A stretch of DNA of 64,000 bases, taken from NCBI GenBank assembly GCA_963812015.1, contig CAWETI010000003.1, positions 736,001-800,000 of the forward strand, written 5' to 3'. Source of the stretch: an uncultured delta proteobacterium (GTDB lineage Bacteria > Desulfobacterota > Desulfobaccia > Desulfobaccales > 0-14-0-80-60-11). Made by a program: the position numbers and the translations under genes. Shown in pieces: positions 21,322-31,106 of the stretch; the first letter of the stretch is position 1, and the number at the start of each line of letters is the position of its first letter. A model generated the notes under the pieces. That model did no database searches and had not been told where the DNA came from. It worked only from the letters and a program-made list of their open reading frames with translations.

Positions 21322-24300
21322 CTAGTGCTGGGTATGGGACTCTATCATTAGAAAGATGGTCACCCGGGTACCCTTTTGCGGCTCGCTCTCGATGGTGATT
21401 TCTCCCTGATGCGCTTCGATGATCTTCTGGGAGATGGCCAGGCCCAACCCGCTGCCTTTGGGCTTGGAAGAAAAGAACGGCTGGAAGATCTTTTCTAAAA
21501 TCTCGGGAGGGATTCCCTTCCCCGTGTCGAGTATTTGCACGAATACCCGATCTGCATGGCGACCGGTGGCAACCGTCAAGGTCCCCCCAGTGTCCATGGC
21601 CTCGATGCCATTCTTGGCGATATTCAAGATCACCTGGCGCAGATGCCCCGGGTCAAATTGAATCTCCGGGAGATCGGGGTCCAGTTTCAATACCAGTTCG
21701 AGATTACTTTCCCGGAGACTCGGTTCCAGCCGCTGGCAGGTTTCCTGGATCAAGGCATTGAGATCCCCCGGGCGCTTTTGGGGCTCGGAAAATTTGGCAT
21801 AGCTACCGACCTCAACGAGGAAGTCTTCTAACCGCTTGACTTCATCCACGATGATCTGGAGCTTTTCCAGGTTTTTTTGCGGATCTTGAGCAACATCTTT
21901 CAGCACCTGGCGGGCAAACCCCCCGATGAGCATCAGGGGGTTCTTGATTTCGTGGCTGATATGGGCCGCCATCTTGCCCAGGACGGCCAGGCGCTCACTC
22001 CGCAAGAGTTCCTCCTCCATGCGTTTCCGTTCCCGCAGGTCTTTAAAATGGCCGATCATGCCGATCTCCCGATCGTTTTCGTAAAGCACCCGGGCAGAAA
22101 GCCAGATGGGCACCGGAGTGCCATTCTTAGGTATCATCCAGGTTTCATAGTTCTCTAAAATATCCACTCCACCGTAATCAGGACTATGGATTTTAGCATC
22201 AATTTTCTGCAGTTGACCCGGCGCATAGAGATCTTTGACATTCATTTTGCCGAGGACTTCTTCCGGTTCATAGCCAAGGATTTTAGCCGCGGTTTCATTA
22301 AAGGTGCGAATGGTGCCTTCCACATCGTTGGCCACAATGCCATCCATGCAGGTATGAATGAGGAGCTTCTGGAAGTAAATGCCCCGCTCCACCTCGGCGG
22401 TTAATTCCTCTTCGGCCCGCTGGCGCTTGATCTGCCACCACATGCCGTTCATTAATAAAGTCAGCTGATGGACATCCGATTCATCATATTCCTCTTCCTT
22501 GTTGCCCACGCCGGCCACCGCCACGATGCGGTCACCATCAAATACCGGAATATTCAGGTGACGCCGGACTTCCACATGGCCCTCAGGATAGCCTTTCTTA
22601 AAAGGGTTGGGTGCGGCATAGTCATTGGTAATAATGGGCCGCCGGTGGCGAACGGCTTCACCCCAGAGCCCGGTGGTCTCCATTGGATAGACAATGGGTT
22701 TATCAATGATAGCGCATTGGTCCATGGCAGTCTTAGACCAGGAGTGCATCGTAAGTACTGTTTCGTCCTCGTTCATGAAAGCCAGGTAACCGATCTTGCT
22801 TTTGGTGAGCCGGACTCCTTCTTCCAAGGCGAAATCGGTAATCTCTTGCAGCGTGGCCTTGGTCATCTGGCTGAGTTGCCAGACCGCCTCGAGGCGGGAT
22901 TCATCCAGGCGCAGCGCCTCCTCCATGTTGGCAGTGCGCACTGCCAATCCCAAATGCCCGGCCAGCGATTGAAAGAACCGAATGTGTTCCTTGGTAAAAA
23001 ACCCCTTCTGACTGCTGGCCGCGGTCAATACCCCCAGGGTCAGGGTTTCTGCAGTGATGGGGGCCAATACTAGGGAATTCAAAGCTTCTTCTTCCACCAG
23101 TCCCTGGAGGCGATCAGCCACTGCGGTGGAATCCGGCACCGAAATTACCTGGGAGGTCGACAAGCATTCCCCCAGAAGGGAGGCGGAATCGGGCTTTCCC
23201 ACCTGTGCCCGAGCCTCAGGCGGAAGGCCTCGGAAGGCTTTGATATGCAGGAAGCCATCTTCGTCCAAAAGCCGCACGGCACATTTTTCTACGCCTAATT
23301 TCTCCACCAGCACCCCCAGCACTCCATCCAGGATTTCCGGAAAATAGAGGGTGGAGGCCAGGCGGCGGGCCGCTTCGTAGAGCACCGAGAGTTCACTTAC
23401 CCGTATCTTTAATTGCTGTTCGCTTTCCTCCAGGGAGCTGGAGATCCGGCCGAAAAGGTCAAAAACGTCCTCCATCTTGGAGCCCAGTGAGGAGAGGTAG
23501 CCTTCAACTACTACCTGGGCCGCCGCAGGTCCGATGGAACCGGCAATGGTGCGTTCAATAAAATCCGCCAACTGGAGCTTTTCCCGGTCACCCCACTCGG
23601 CTTCGGGAATCGTCACCTCCCGGAGAAAGGCTCGTCGCGCCTGGGCGGCCTTCCGGGGGCCGATGATCTTCTCCATAAATTCCGTCAACTGCTCCAGGCT
23701 TGGTAAATACGTTAAGCGCTTCTCAATAGGCCTTCCCCGTTCACGTTCAAACACCCCAACAAACCGTCGTGCCTGTTCCTCTTCCAACGGACTGGGCACC
23801 GTGAGCAAGGAGACGGTGACAAAGGTGCCGGTATTGAAAAACAAGGACCAGAAAAAGGCATTGGAGAGTCGATCCAGGCCGGCAAGCCCTAAGAAAGCGT
23901 TGGGCTTAAGAAAAGCCAGAGCGAAGGGGCCCTCCGATAAAATACTGACTGAAAACCAACCCGCCTCGATCAGATAAGGAAAGACCAGGGTGTAGGCCCA
24001 AAGAAGAAAACCCGAGGCCAACCCCGCCATTGCCCCCCACCTTGTGGCGTCCCTCCAGTACAAGGCCCCTATCATGGCCGGCGCCAACTGCATCACCCCG
24101 CAAAAGGCGATCAGTCCTATGTCCACCAGCATGACAGTAGGAAATACTAAGTGATAGCCAAAGTATCCCAAAAGGATCAGAAAGAGGATGCCGGCCCGCT
24201 TGATGGTCAAAAGATGGGGGGTGATACGTTCTTGCAGTTTTAGCCGAGTGGTCAGGGGCATCACCAGACTATTGAGGAGCATGGTGGTGACGGAGATGGA

Positions 24301-25362
24301 GGCCACCGCCACCATGGCGGTGGAGGCCGACAGTCCCCCCATAAAGACCAGCAGAGCGAGATAGGGATGTCCGGTTTGCAAGGGAATGCGCAGGACAAAG
24401 GTATCGGCCTGTTCCCGGGGCAAGCCTATCAACAGTCCCCCGAAAGCGATGGGCATGACAAACAGGCTAATCAACAATAGATACACCGGAAAGAGCCAGA
24501 CTGCCGTCAGGATATGCCGTTCATCGGTATTTTCCACTACCGCCATGTGGAACATCCGGGGAAGAAAGTGGATGGCCCCCATAGCCAGGAGAGTCAGCAC
24601 CATAAGAAGGGTATAATTGTTGTGAGGCCCGGTGTTCACCAGGAGAAGCTGTTGAAATTCGGGGCTCTGCCGGATACGCGCGAAGATTTCTCCCCAGCCC
24701 GGGAAGAGGCCAAACGTCACCAGGATACCCAGGCTAAAAAAAGCCAGGAGTTCGATCAGGGACCCGAACACCACTACTCCCACTAACCCTTCGTGACGCT
24801 CGGTGGGGTCCAGATGGCGAGCCCCAAACAGAATACCGAACATGGCCAGAAGCAAGGCCACATAAAAGGCGGTGTCTTGATAAACCGGGATGGTGCCGGG
24901 ATGACAAACTTCTTTACATACTAGGATATTAAACGTATCGGAAATTGACTTGAGCTGTAGGCCGATATAGGGGGTTATGGCCAGGAGCACCCCCACGCTA
25001 GCGAGGACCCCCAGAAAGGCCCCTTTGCCATAGCGTAGCGTCAGGAAATCTGACATAGTGGTCAGGTTGTTTTCCTTGCAGATGCGCAGGAGCTTGCGCA
25101 AACCGAACCACCAGGAAAAAGCGATGATGGAGGGACCCAGGTAGATGGTGAGAAAGGTCACGCCTGAGGTGGCCGCCTTGCCGACGCTGCCGAAAAAAGT
25201 CCAGGCGGTGCAATAAACCGATAGAGAAAGGGCATAGATATAGGGATTGGCAATAATGCTCTTGCCCAGGGCCCGTTGCCGGTCCCCATAATAGGCGATG
25301 GCAAAGAGCAGCAAGAGATAGCTAAAGGCGGTTACTGCTACCAGGCCGTTACTGAGCCTCAT
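21322..25362 (-). CDS. sodium:solute symporter-fused sensor histidine kinase (CbrA/CrbS-like) with 2 GAF + PAS
   Basis: N-terminal YALSLSVYCTAWTFFGSVG SSS domain, GSIGPAAA linker, GAF-like segments, PAS, SHEIKNPL H-box, DTGKG/GSGLGL. Confidence 0.88.
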   Translation of the reverse strand: MRLSNGLVAVTAFSYLLLLFAIAYYGDRQRALGKSIIANPYIYALSLSVYCTAWTFFGSVGKAATSGVTFLTIYLGPSIIAFSWWFGLRKLLRICKENNLTTMSDFLTLRYGKGAFLGVLASVGVLLAITPYIGLQLKSISDTFNILVCKEVCHPGTIPVYQDTAFYVALLLAMFGILFGARHLDPTERHEGLVGVVVFGSLIELLAFFSLGILVTFGLFPGWGEIFARIRQSPEFQQLLLVNTGPHNNYTLLMVLTLLAMGAIHFLPRMFHMAVVENTDERHILTAVWLFPVYLLLISLFVMPIAFGGLLIGLPREQADTFVLRIPLQTGHPYLALLVFMGGLSASTAMVAVASISVTTMLLNSLVMPLTTRLKLQERITPHLLTIKRAGILFLILLGYFGYHLVFPTVMLVDIGLIAFCGVMQLAPAMIGALYWRDATRWGAMAGLASGFLLWAYTLVFPYLIEAGWFSVSILSEGPFALAFLKPNAFLGLAGLDRLSNAFFWSLFFNTGTFVTVSLLTVPSPLEEEQARRFVGVFERERGRPIEKRLTYLPSLEQLTEFMEKIIGPRKAAQARRAFLREVTIPEAEWGDREKLQLADFIERTIAGSIGPAAAQVVVEGYLSSLGSKMEDVFDLFGRISSSLEESEQQLKIRVSELSVLYEAARRLASTLYFPEILDGVLGVLVEKLGVEKCAVRLLDEDGFLHIKAFRGLPPEARAQVGKPDSASLLGECLSTSQVISVPDSTAVADRLQGLVEEEALNSLVLAPITAETLTLGVLTAASSQKGFFTKEHIRFFQSLAGHLGLAVRTANMEEALRLDESRLEAVWQLSQMTKATLQEITDFALEEGVRLTKSKIGYLAFMNEDETVLTMHSWSKTAMDQCAIIDKPIVYPMETTGLWGEAVRHRRPIITNDYAAPNPFKKGYPEGHVEVRRHLNIPVFDGDRIVAVAGVGNKEEEYDESDVHQLTLLMNGMWWQIKRQRAEEELTAEVERGIYFQKLLIHTCMDGIVANDVEGTIRTFNETAAKILGYEPEEVLGKMNVKDLYAPGQLQKIDAKIHSPDYGGVDILENYETWMIPKNGTPVPIWLSARVLYENDREIGMIGHFKDLRERKRMEEELLRSERLAVLGKMAAHISHEIKNPLMLIGGFARQVLKDVAQDPQKNLEKLQIIVDEVKRLEDFLVEVGSYAKFSEPQKRPGDLNALIQETCQRLEPSLRESNLELVLKLDPDLPEIQFDPGHLRQVILNIAKNGIEAMDTGGTLTVATGRHADRVFVQILDTGKGIPPEILEKIFQPFFSSKPKGSGLGLAISQKIIEAHQGEITIESEPQKGTRVTIFLMIESHTQH

Positions 25363-25592
25363 TCCTTTGATTCCTCCTGGGCCGGCGGTTCATGGGCAGT
25401 GAGCCGGCGACTCAATGCATAGAGCCCAGTGATGGCCAAGATCCAAACCCCAAACAGGTAGAAAACCAGAAGTGGATTCCCTGCCACTAAGGTGTCGCGA
25501 TTAAAAATTTGCAACAAAGGATAGTTTAAGAGGAGAAAATCTAGAATCCCCAGGAGGGCCAAGAGCTTTTCTCTTTTCGTCGTAGGGAGCAT
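25359..25592 (-). CDS. small membrane protein coupled to the SSS-kinase
   Basis: LLNYPLLQIFN...PLLVFYLFGVW; stop overlaps the kinase start. Confidence 0.7.
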   Translation of the reverse strand: MLPTTKREKLLALLGILDFLLLNYPLLQIFNRDTLVAGNPLLVFYLFGVWILAITGLYALSRRLTAHEPPAQEESKE

Positions 25593-25894
25593 TATTTTAT
25601 CTCCTGCTCTCACCTGCTCAGGTCAATTAATTTCATCCGGCCCCCGAAAGCTATCTATTAGATAAGGGCCGGGTGAGGTCCGCACCGATCTCCCCAAGAC
25701 TGTTACTCTTTAAAGCAAACGGGGACAGTACGTAACGCAATTAAGGTGAAGTCTGGAAAATCTCATTTTACCGGTGCTTCAGACCTGCTGGTTATATCCT
25801 TCCCTTCATTTTGGTTGGAACAGACCAGAGATTTTTTGTTCCCACTTCGGGCAAGGGGCCTCTCACATTTGTTTGATGACTGCATCGATAGAGA

Positions 25895-26464
25895 TCAAAA
25901 ATCTTCCTCCTCCTTCAAGAAGTTCCGCATCATCAATGCCACATCATAAGTTTTTCCTTTCATGTCCCTAAAGTAGTCTTCGAAGTTGGCTCTGACCTTA
26001 AAGCCTCTGGACTGAAAGGCTTTGATGACGTGCTTCAATTCGGTAACCACCTCCACTTTCAGCCAATGGAGCTTTTCTTGTGAGGCAAGGTCAATCAATT
26101 CATTTAAAATCAACGAGCCTAACCCCAAACCCTGGAAAGGTCTGGCCAAGAAGATTTGCTGGATCTCGCCGACATTTAGGGCGGCATTTTGACCCCGATA
26201 GAGATTGAGGGTGGCAACTGGCTGTTTAGTTTCCATATCTTCCGCCACTAAGGCCATTATTCTGTGAGAATTTTCCGGGTTCATCCAATAATCGACCACC
26301 TTCGAGTTCTTAACATCTTCTTTACAAAACTGGACGTCTTCTTGGGGAGCTTGCTGGAAAAGCTTGATGAGGCCATCCCGATCTCGTCCATTGAGGAACC
26401 GGATCACCACCGTTTTCCCGTTGGTCAAGGTGGCGAACTTGCGGTAAGCACAATAATTTTGCAT
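25895..26464 (-). CDS. GNAT family N-acetyltransferase
   Basis: FQGLGLGS acetyl-CoA motif, AF..RGF. Confidence 0.85.
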   Translation of the reverse strand: MQNYCAYRKFATLTNGKTVVIRFLNGRDRDGLIKLFQQAPQEDVQFCKEDVKNSKVVDYWMNPENSHRIMALVAEDMETKQPVATLNLYRGQNAALNVGEIQQIFLARPFQGLGLGSLILNELIDLASQEKLHWLKVEVVTELKHVIKAFQSRGFKVRANFEDYFRDMKGKTYDVALMMRNFLKEEEDF

Positions 26465-26994
26465 GGCCCACCCCCTTACTCAAGAAGTTTATAGCCTTAC
26501 TTTTTTATAGGTTTTTCCTTCTTGGTGGCGATTATCGGATAGGCAGCAAACGCAGCCGTATCCTCTCAATTTGCAGTTTAGGCGCTTAATGCATGACCAG
26601 TGAAAAATCTAAAAAGCGGGGAGCCCCTCTCGGGAGGAACGAATTAAAGCTTGGAGGATGAAGTAGGAAGATGAGAAAGGCAACCCGGGTATGTCAGCCT
26701 TTTTTTCCTTCATTAACTCACCTCCCTCACCTCAGAAAATAATGGGAGAGAAATTTACTTATAATTTAAGTATTCTTTAAACTTTTGTCAATGAGCCTGG
26801 GGCGCGGGTATTCAGTGTCACTATCAAAAAGCTGCAAGGCTGCCTTGAGCCAATACCGCTAAGCCATTCCGGGCGTCCGATGGTGGGCGGGGCTTACTCG
26901 AATTGAGCATGACGATAAAAATCCAGCCCTAAAGGGGGGATAGGCCTTCCATATGGACGGCAGAATCCCCCCTTAACCTCATATCTATCTACAG

Positions 26995-27135
26995 TATCAG
27001 CTCGGATCCTCCGGACTGTAGTCCAGTGGCGCAAGAGGCCCACACCAAACCCGGGAGTTGGTTCCTGATGTAATTCTTATGGTTATACACCGGAGCAGGT
27101 CATTGGGAAGCTGCGGGAAGCCGAAGTGGCGTTAT
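26995..27135 (+). mobile_element. IS3-family left-end fragment
   Basis: YTPEQVIGKLREAEVAL (27084-27134), typical IS3-family OrfA N-terminus, truncated at site S8. Confidence 0.65.
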
Positions 27136-27191
27136 CTGCTATGATCCGACACTTATCACGGAGCCAAAAAGCTCGCATATAGAACATATCT
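27133..27191 (+). repeat. tripartite site S8 (left arm + core)
   Basis: CTGCTATGATCCGACACTTATCAC identical to S9; CATATAGAACATATCT core. Confidence 0.85.
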
Positions 27192-27273
27192 TTAAATTTT
27201 CGCCACCCCCCCAAGCCCAGAGTCGCCCATTAATTTCGTCCTTGCACTCGTCAGCTTATGTCTCCCTGCCCCG

Positions 27274-27819
27274 TCACTTCGGGTTCGCCGCCAGGTAGTC
27301 GTTGATGAACTGGTCGACTTGGTCCCCCACTAAATTTCGGATTTGAGTTATGTTGGTTATCTTGCATGTTCCTGCGTATCCCGTCGTATGCCATACCACA
27401 CCAGGGATTTTAAAACCACTTTCGATGGCAACTTTCTTCTTTAATTGCACCTTGATTGAATACGCACAGAAAGTAGAGCCAGGCTTGGTGACGGCATTTA
27501 CGTTCACATAAAGGTACGGCATCCCCGGCGTCCCTTGGCTTTCCTTCTCCGTGAGAACCCTGGCTCCGGCCTTGCGTAGTCTCATCTCGACGTCCGTCTG
27601 TATCTGGTCTCTGATCAAGCCCAAGCGCTCGATTTCTGGCTTAAGGTTCTCGACCAAAACGTGCACCCCTTTCAGCCCGACAAGAGCCTTTTGCTCATCA
27701 GTAAGGGCATGAGAGACAGCCGGAAGCAGCAAAAGTACCACCACCAGGGCCATTACCCTCTTTTCCAGGCTCAGGATGCATTTTTTGTCGGTACTTATGG
27801 TAGAATTTTGTTCAGCCAT
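27274..27819 (-). CDS. hypothetical exported protein fused to the conserved leader
   Basis: Start MAEQNST after GGAGG; hydrophobic signal-like segment; LKGVHVLVE...VEMRLRKAG...PYLYVNV...DQFINDYLAAN. Confidence 0.7.
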   Translation of the reverse strand: MAEQNSTISTDKKCILSLEKRVMALVVVLLLLPAVSHALTDEQKALVGLKGVHVLVENLKPEIERLGLIRDQIQTDVEMRLRKAGARVLTEKESQGTPGMPYLYVNVNAVTKPGSTFCAYSIKVQLKKKVAIESGFKIPGVVWHTTGYAGTCKITNITQIRNLVGDQVDQFINDYLAANPK

Positions 27820-27893
27820 GACATGAACCTCCCCGACAGGTTTGGTTGTGGTTAGGGCCGGTCCGGTGATGCCCATGCTCCAGGCCGGCCTGC

Positions 27894-28070
27894 TTATTTC
27901 CTGGTTCGCTTCAAATACTCTTCCACGTCTGCCCACCTGATACGCACGGCTCGCCCCAGCTTATGATGAGGCAATACACCTTCACGAACCCGCCGCCATA
28001 TAGTGTCTTTTGATAGGCCGAGCTTTTCGGCTATTTCCTTGACCGAAAAAAACTCTCGTTCTCCCGTCAT
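27894..28070 (-). CDS. xis: excisionase (HTH_17/AlpA-like)
   Basis: Manual translation MTGEREFFSVKEIAEKLGLSKDTIWRRVREGVLPHHKLGRAVRIRWADVEEYLKRTRK (58 aa, below the ORF-track cut-off). Confidence 0.88.
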   Translation of the reverse strand: MTGEREFFSVKEIAEKLGLSKDTIWRRVREGVLPHHKLGRAVRIRWADVEEYLKRTRK

Positions 28071-28444
28071 TCCATTACCCCCAAACCATTCGAGTGATTA
28101 TTTTAATTATAAAATACTTTGATATGCATGTAAGTGCAGCTGTATGCAATATTAGGGATAAAATATATAGGATTTTGCAAATTGCATCGGCTCTATCCTT
28201 TGCCCCGCCATGCCCAGGCTGCCCATTTATTGCCGCGACTGTTATCGCTGGCGGATGGCTATCCTACCCCTCATCGGATTGCTTAATGAAGGACTTTTTC
28301 CGGGTAGTCGATGGTCTTGTTCCAAACCGATATGGATGGATGATCTGCGCGCCAAAAATGATCCAAAGATTATGCTGAAGTAGTGTCACGAAGGGAGGCA
28401 AAGAGATCTGGCGTAGCTGATATGTGATGGCTATAAACATTTAC

Positions 28445-28548
28445 TAGCTGCTATGATCCGACACTTATCACAGGGTCCAAAACCTTCCATATTCAGACGA
28501 TATCTGGAATTTTTACCACTTAGATGATAAGAGATTAGAATGGAAGCT
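28445..28548 (+). repeat. tripartite site S9 (complete, right end 1-nt deletion)
   Basis: CTGCTA 28448, GATATCT 28499, GATAAG 28526, TGGAAGCT 28541 (spacings 51/42). Confidence 0.85.
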
Positions 28549-28583
28549 CGTGAAGAGGTACCTCCTGGATGGAGCAAGGCGGC

Positions 28584-28748
28584 ATGGGTAATAAGCAGAT
28601 AATTGGTATATCGGTGGGCGCGTTGGCGGGATTTCTGATTGGATATCTTGGCCGCTGTGCGGGAGGCACAGCTTGAAGACTGACCTCCAATCCCTGGTCA
28701 GGGATGATCGTAGGCGCGCTGGTGGGATTTCTGGTAACCCGTCATTAG
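28584..28748 (+). CDS. small two-TM selenoprotein, DUF6132-like
   Basis: MGNKQIIGISVGALAGFLIGYLGRCAGGTA-U-RLTSNPWSGMIVGALVGFLVTRH; TGA 28674-28676 where C..GTC.LTSNP has Cys; hairpin ATCCCT-GGTC-AGGGAT downstream. Confidence 0.75.
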
Positions 28749-28807
28749 TTAGTCAAAGTTTCGCTTGATTTCTGCTAAGGCTTGCAACACCAAAGACTGG
28801 TATCCAG

Positions 28808-29860
28808 ATGGGGATGCAAAGAATGAAAAGATTTGGAATTTTGTTAATCGCAGCAATGATGGGTTTGGTGCTTGCCTGTGGCAGCCAGGAAGCGAAAGCT
28901 CCCGCCAAACCGGCTGCCCTGCCGGGAAAGGCCGAGAAGGCAGCGCCCCAAGCCCTACCGGCGCAGGTCGCGCGTATGGAGATTCACTCGTTTCCGTCCA
29001 TGACGTTGACGGATCAGCAATTCCTGACCGGTCGCAAGGAAGGCAAACCGGTCACCATCGCGGGCGAGCTTCGCCTGCCTCGCCCGGGAAATGATCGCCT
29101 ACCGGTAGTCGTCCTTATACATGGCTCGGGTGGAGTGTCAGGTTCTGTCCTGGATTGGGAACAGGATCTCAATGCAATGGGCGTGGCAACCTTCGTCCTC
29201 GACAGCTTCACCGGGCGCGGCATCGTGAATACCAACTACGATCAGTCACAACTTGGGCGCTTAGCGATGATCGTCGATGTCTATCGCGCCCTCGATGTCC
29301 TGGCGAAACACCCAAGGATCGATCCCACCCGGATTGCCCTCATGGGGTTTTCGCGGGGTGGCCAGGCCGCGCTCTACGCGAGCCTGAAGCGATTTCAGCG
29401 CCTGCACGGTCCTGTGGGTCAGGAGTTTGCAGCCTACATCGTCTTCTACCCGGATTGTAACACGGCATACCGCGACGACGAGGACGTGGCGGACAAGCCG
29501 ATCCGGATCTTTCATGGCAGCGCCGATGACTATGACCCGATTGCGCCGTGTCAGGCCTATGTTGAGCGGCTGAAGGCGAAGGGCAAGAATGTCCAGCTGA
29601 TTGAATATGCCGGTGCAGGGCACAATTTCGATAATCGGGGGCTTAAGACGCCTCTAAAGCTTGAGAGAGCGCAGACGACCAGACGATGCGAATTGGCAGA
29701 GGCAGAGAATGGCATGATCGTCAATGTCAAAACCAAGCAGCCGTTCACCTACGCCGATCCTTGCGTGGAATATGGGCCGACGCTGGCTTATAACGAGAAG
29801 GCTTCTACCGAGGCTAGAAGGGCAGTCAAGGACTTCGTTACAACTACACTTAAGCTGTGA
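28808..29860 (+). CDS. dienelactone hydrolase family lipoprotein
   Basis: Lipobox LACG, HGSGG, GFSRGG nucleophile elbow, HG.ADD, GAGHNFD. Confidence 0.85.
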   Translation: MGMQRMKRFGILLIAAMMGLVLACGSQEAKAPAKPAALPGKAEKAAPQALPAQVARMEIHSFPSMTLTDQQFLTGRKEGKPVTIAGELRLPRPGNDRLPVVVLIHGSGGVSGSVLDWEQDLNAMGVATFVLDSFTGRGIVNTNYDQSQLGRLAMIVDVYRALDVLAKHPRIDPTRIALMGFSRGGQAALYASLKRFQRLHGPVGQEFAAYIVFYPDCNTAYRDDEDVADKPIRIFHGSADDYDPIAPCQAYVERLKAKGKNVQLIEYAGAGHNFDNRGLKTPLKLERAQTTRRCELAEAENGMIVNVKTKQPFTYADPCVEYGPTLAYNEKASTEARRAVKDFVTTTLKL

Positions 29861-29950
29861 CCCGAGTTTTCAGAATGATGGCCTGCCTGTTGAGGCGCGG
29901 AAATGAAATCGGCGCTTAACCTTCAGCAGCGGCGTTATCCGCATGAAAGA

Positions 29951-30012
29951 TAACTGCTATCTCTCCGCACCTCTCCTCCCGGCATTTGGCTTGCTGATAT
30001 GCTTACCATATT
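29951..30012 (+). repeat. tripartite site S10 (left arm + core)
   Basis: TAACTGCTA 29951; GATATG-CTTAC-CATATT 29996-30012; the following ~80 bp are homologous to 1900-2000. Confidence 0.7.
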
Positions 30013-30788
30013 GACCGCTGACCAAACCTCGCCCCAGTAACCCCTCAGTCGAAGCGTTAGAACGCCACAGGAAGCGTGTGGCGGTTTTTTAGGGGGTATT
30101 TGTGGGCCGGTCATAGACGGGTTTTTAAGTTAAAATTTTTGGGGTTTTGAAAGGAAGGGGGGGTACTTGTCAAAATTGTCAAGAGGGAAAAGGGGGGAAA
30201 TTTGTGAGAGGGTCATTGCATCACAGGGGGGGTATGGGACCCGTCCCGGGGTTTGCCTTTGGGGCCGAAAAACTGATGAGGGTAGGGGCGGCACCGGAGC
30301 ACGCAGGCCGGGTGACCGTGCTGGCCGCGGTGGGGTTGCTTGCGCACCACAGGGGCAGGTGGTGGACGGTCACACCGGGCCAGGCGCATTGATAACCCCT
30401 TACAGCATCGGCAAGGATTTATCTGCCTGGGTAGAAAAGCTCTTCGAGACGAGTATCCCGGCAGAAACCCTTAAAACCCGGGCGGCAAGGATTCAAAAGC
30501 AAATCGGTTCAAATGAACCGACTGCCCCAACCTCCTGCAATACCTCAGAAATTCCAGAAAAACCGCAAAGTCAACCAGTTCGGGGTAAGTCGGGTAAGTT
30601 TGAAAAGGGCACAGCCCCGGGACCCGGCCGGCCACGGAGGCGTACCGCCCCGAAACCAACCCCACCACCTCCAGAGGCGGCGGCAGGAGCAGCCCCCAAA
30701 GGCGAGCGATTCTCATTTTCCCCTGCATGATTCCCAGGCACACCTTGCAACCATGAGCACCCCTCAGTATCGGCAAAATCTGCACTCT

Positions 30789-30810
30789 GGTTATCCCTGG
30801 GTTATCCCTG
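30789..30810 (+). repeat. tandem 11-bp repeat, possible integrase arm-type sites
   Basis: GGTTATCCCTG x2, ~65 bp from the tRNA 3' end. Confidence 0.55.
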
Positions 30811-30875
30811 CCCACTCTGAAAGGGAAAAGAGGTTGACCAATTTCGGACAACCCCTTTTATTTATTGCTTATAAT

Positions 30876-30954
30876 TGGCGCCCCCGGCCCGACTCGAACG
30901 GGCGACACATGGATTAGGAATCCATTGCTCTATCCATAACTGAGCTACGGGGGC
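30876..30954 (-). tRNA. tRNA-Arg(CCT)
   Basis: Acceptor GCCCCCG/CGGGGGC-G-CCA, TAGCTCAG D-arm, anticodon arm ATGGA-TTCCTAA-TCCAT, GTTCGAGTC T-loop. Confidence 0.96.
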
Positions 30955-30966
30955 GCAAAGGAATTT

Positions 30967-31106
30967 AGCGGAGTCGGGTGCGTTGCTTCGCCAAGATTGT
31001 TACCGAGACCTCCCGGAACCTGGTCTTCCTGGAGTGTCGGGCTCGGGGCGTGAGTTCGGCAACCCGCCGGTGGCGCCGCCTGAAAGGGAGGGGCCAATCC
31101 GGGCGC
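30967..31106 (-). ncRNA. structured ncRNA upstream of tRNA, probably Acido-Lenti-1-like
   Basis: GGATTGGCC...TTTCAGGCGGCGCCACC...GGTAACAA...CCCGACTCCGCT, recalled as similar to that Rfam motif; lies between a TTGCGC..TATTAT promoter-like sequence and the tRNA. Confidence 0.5.

Noticed and set aside
30167..30730. 187-aa ORF as an intact gene
   Set aside because: Low-complexity G-rich N-terminus; at best a remnant of a mobile-element protein
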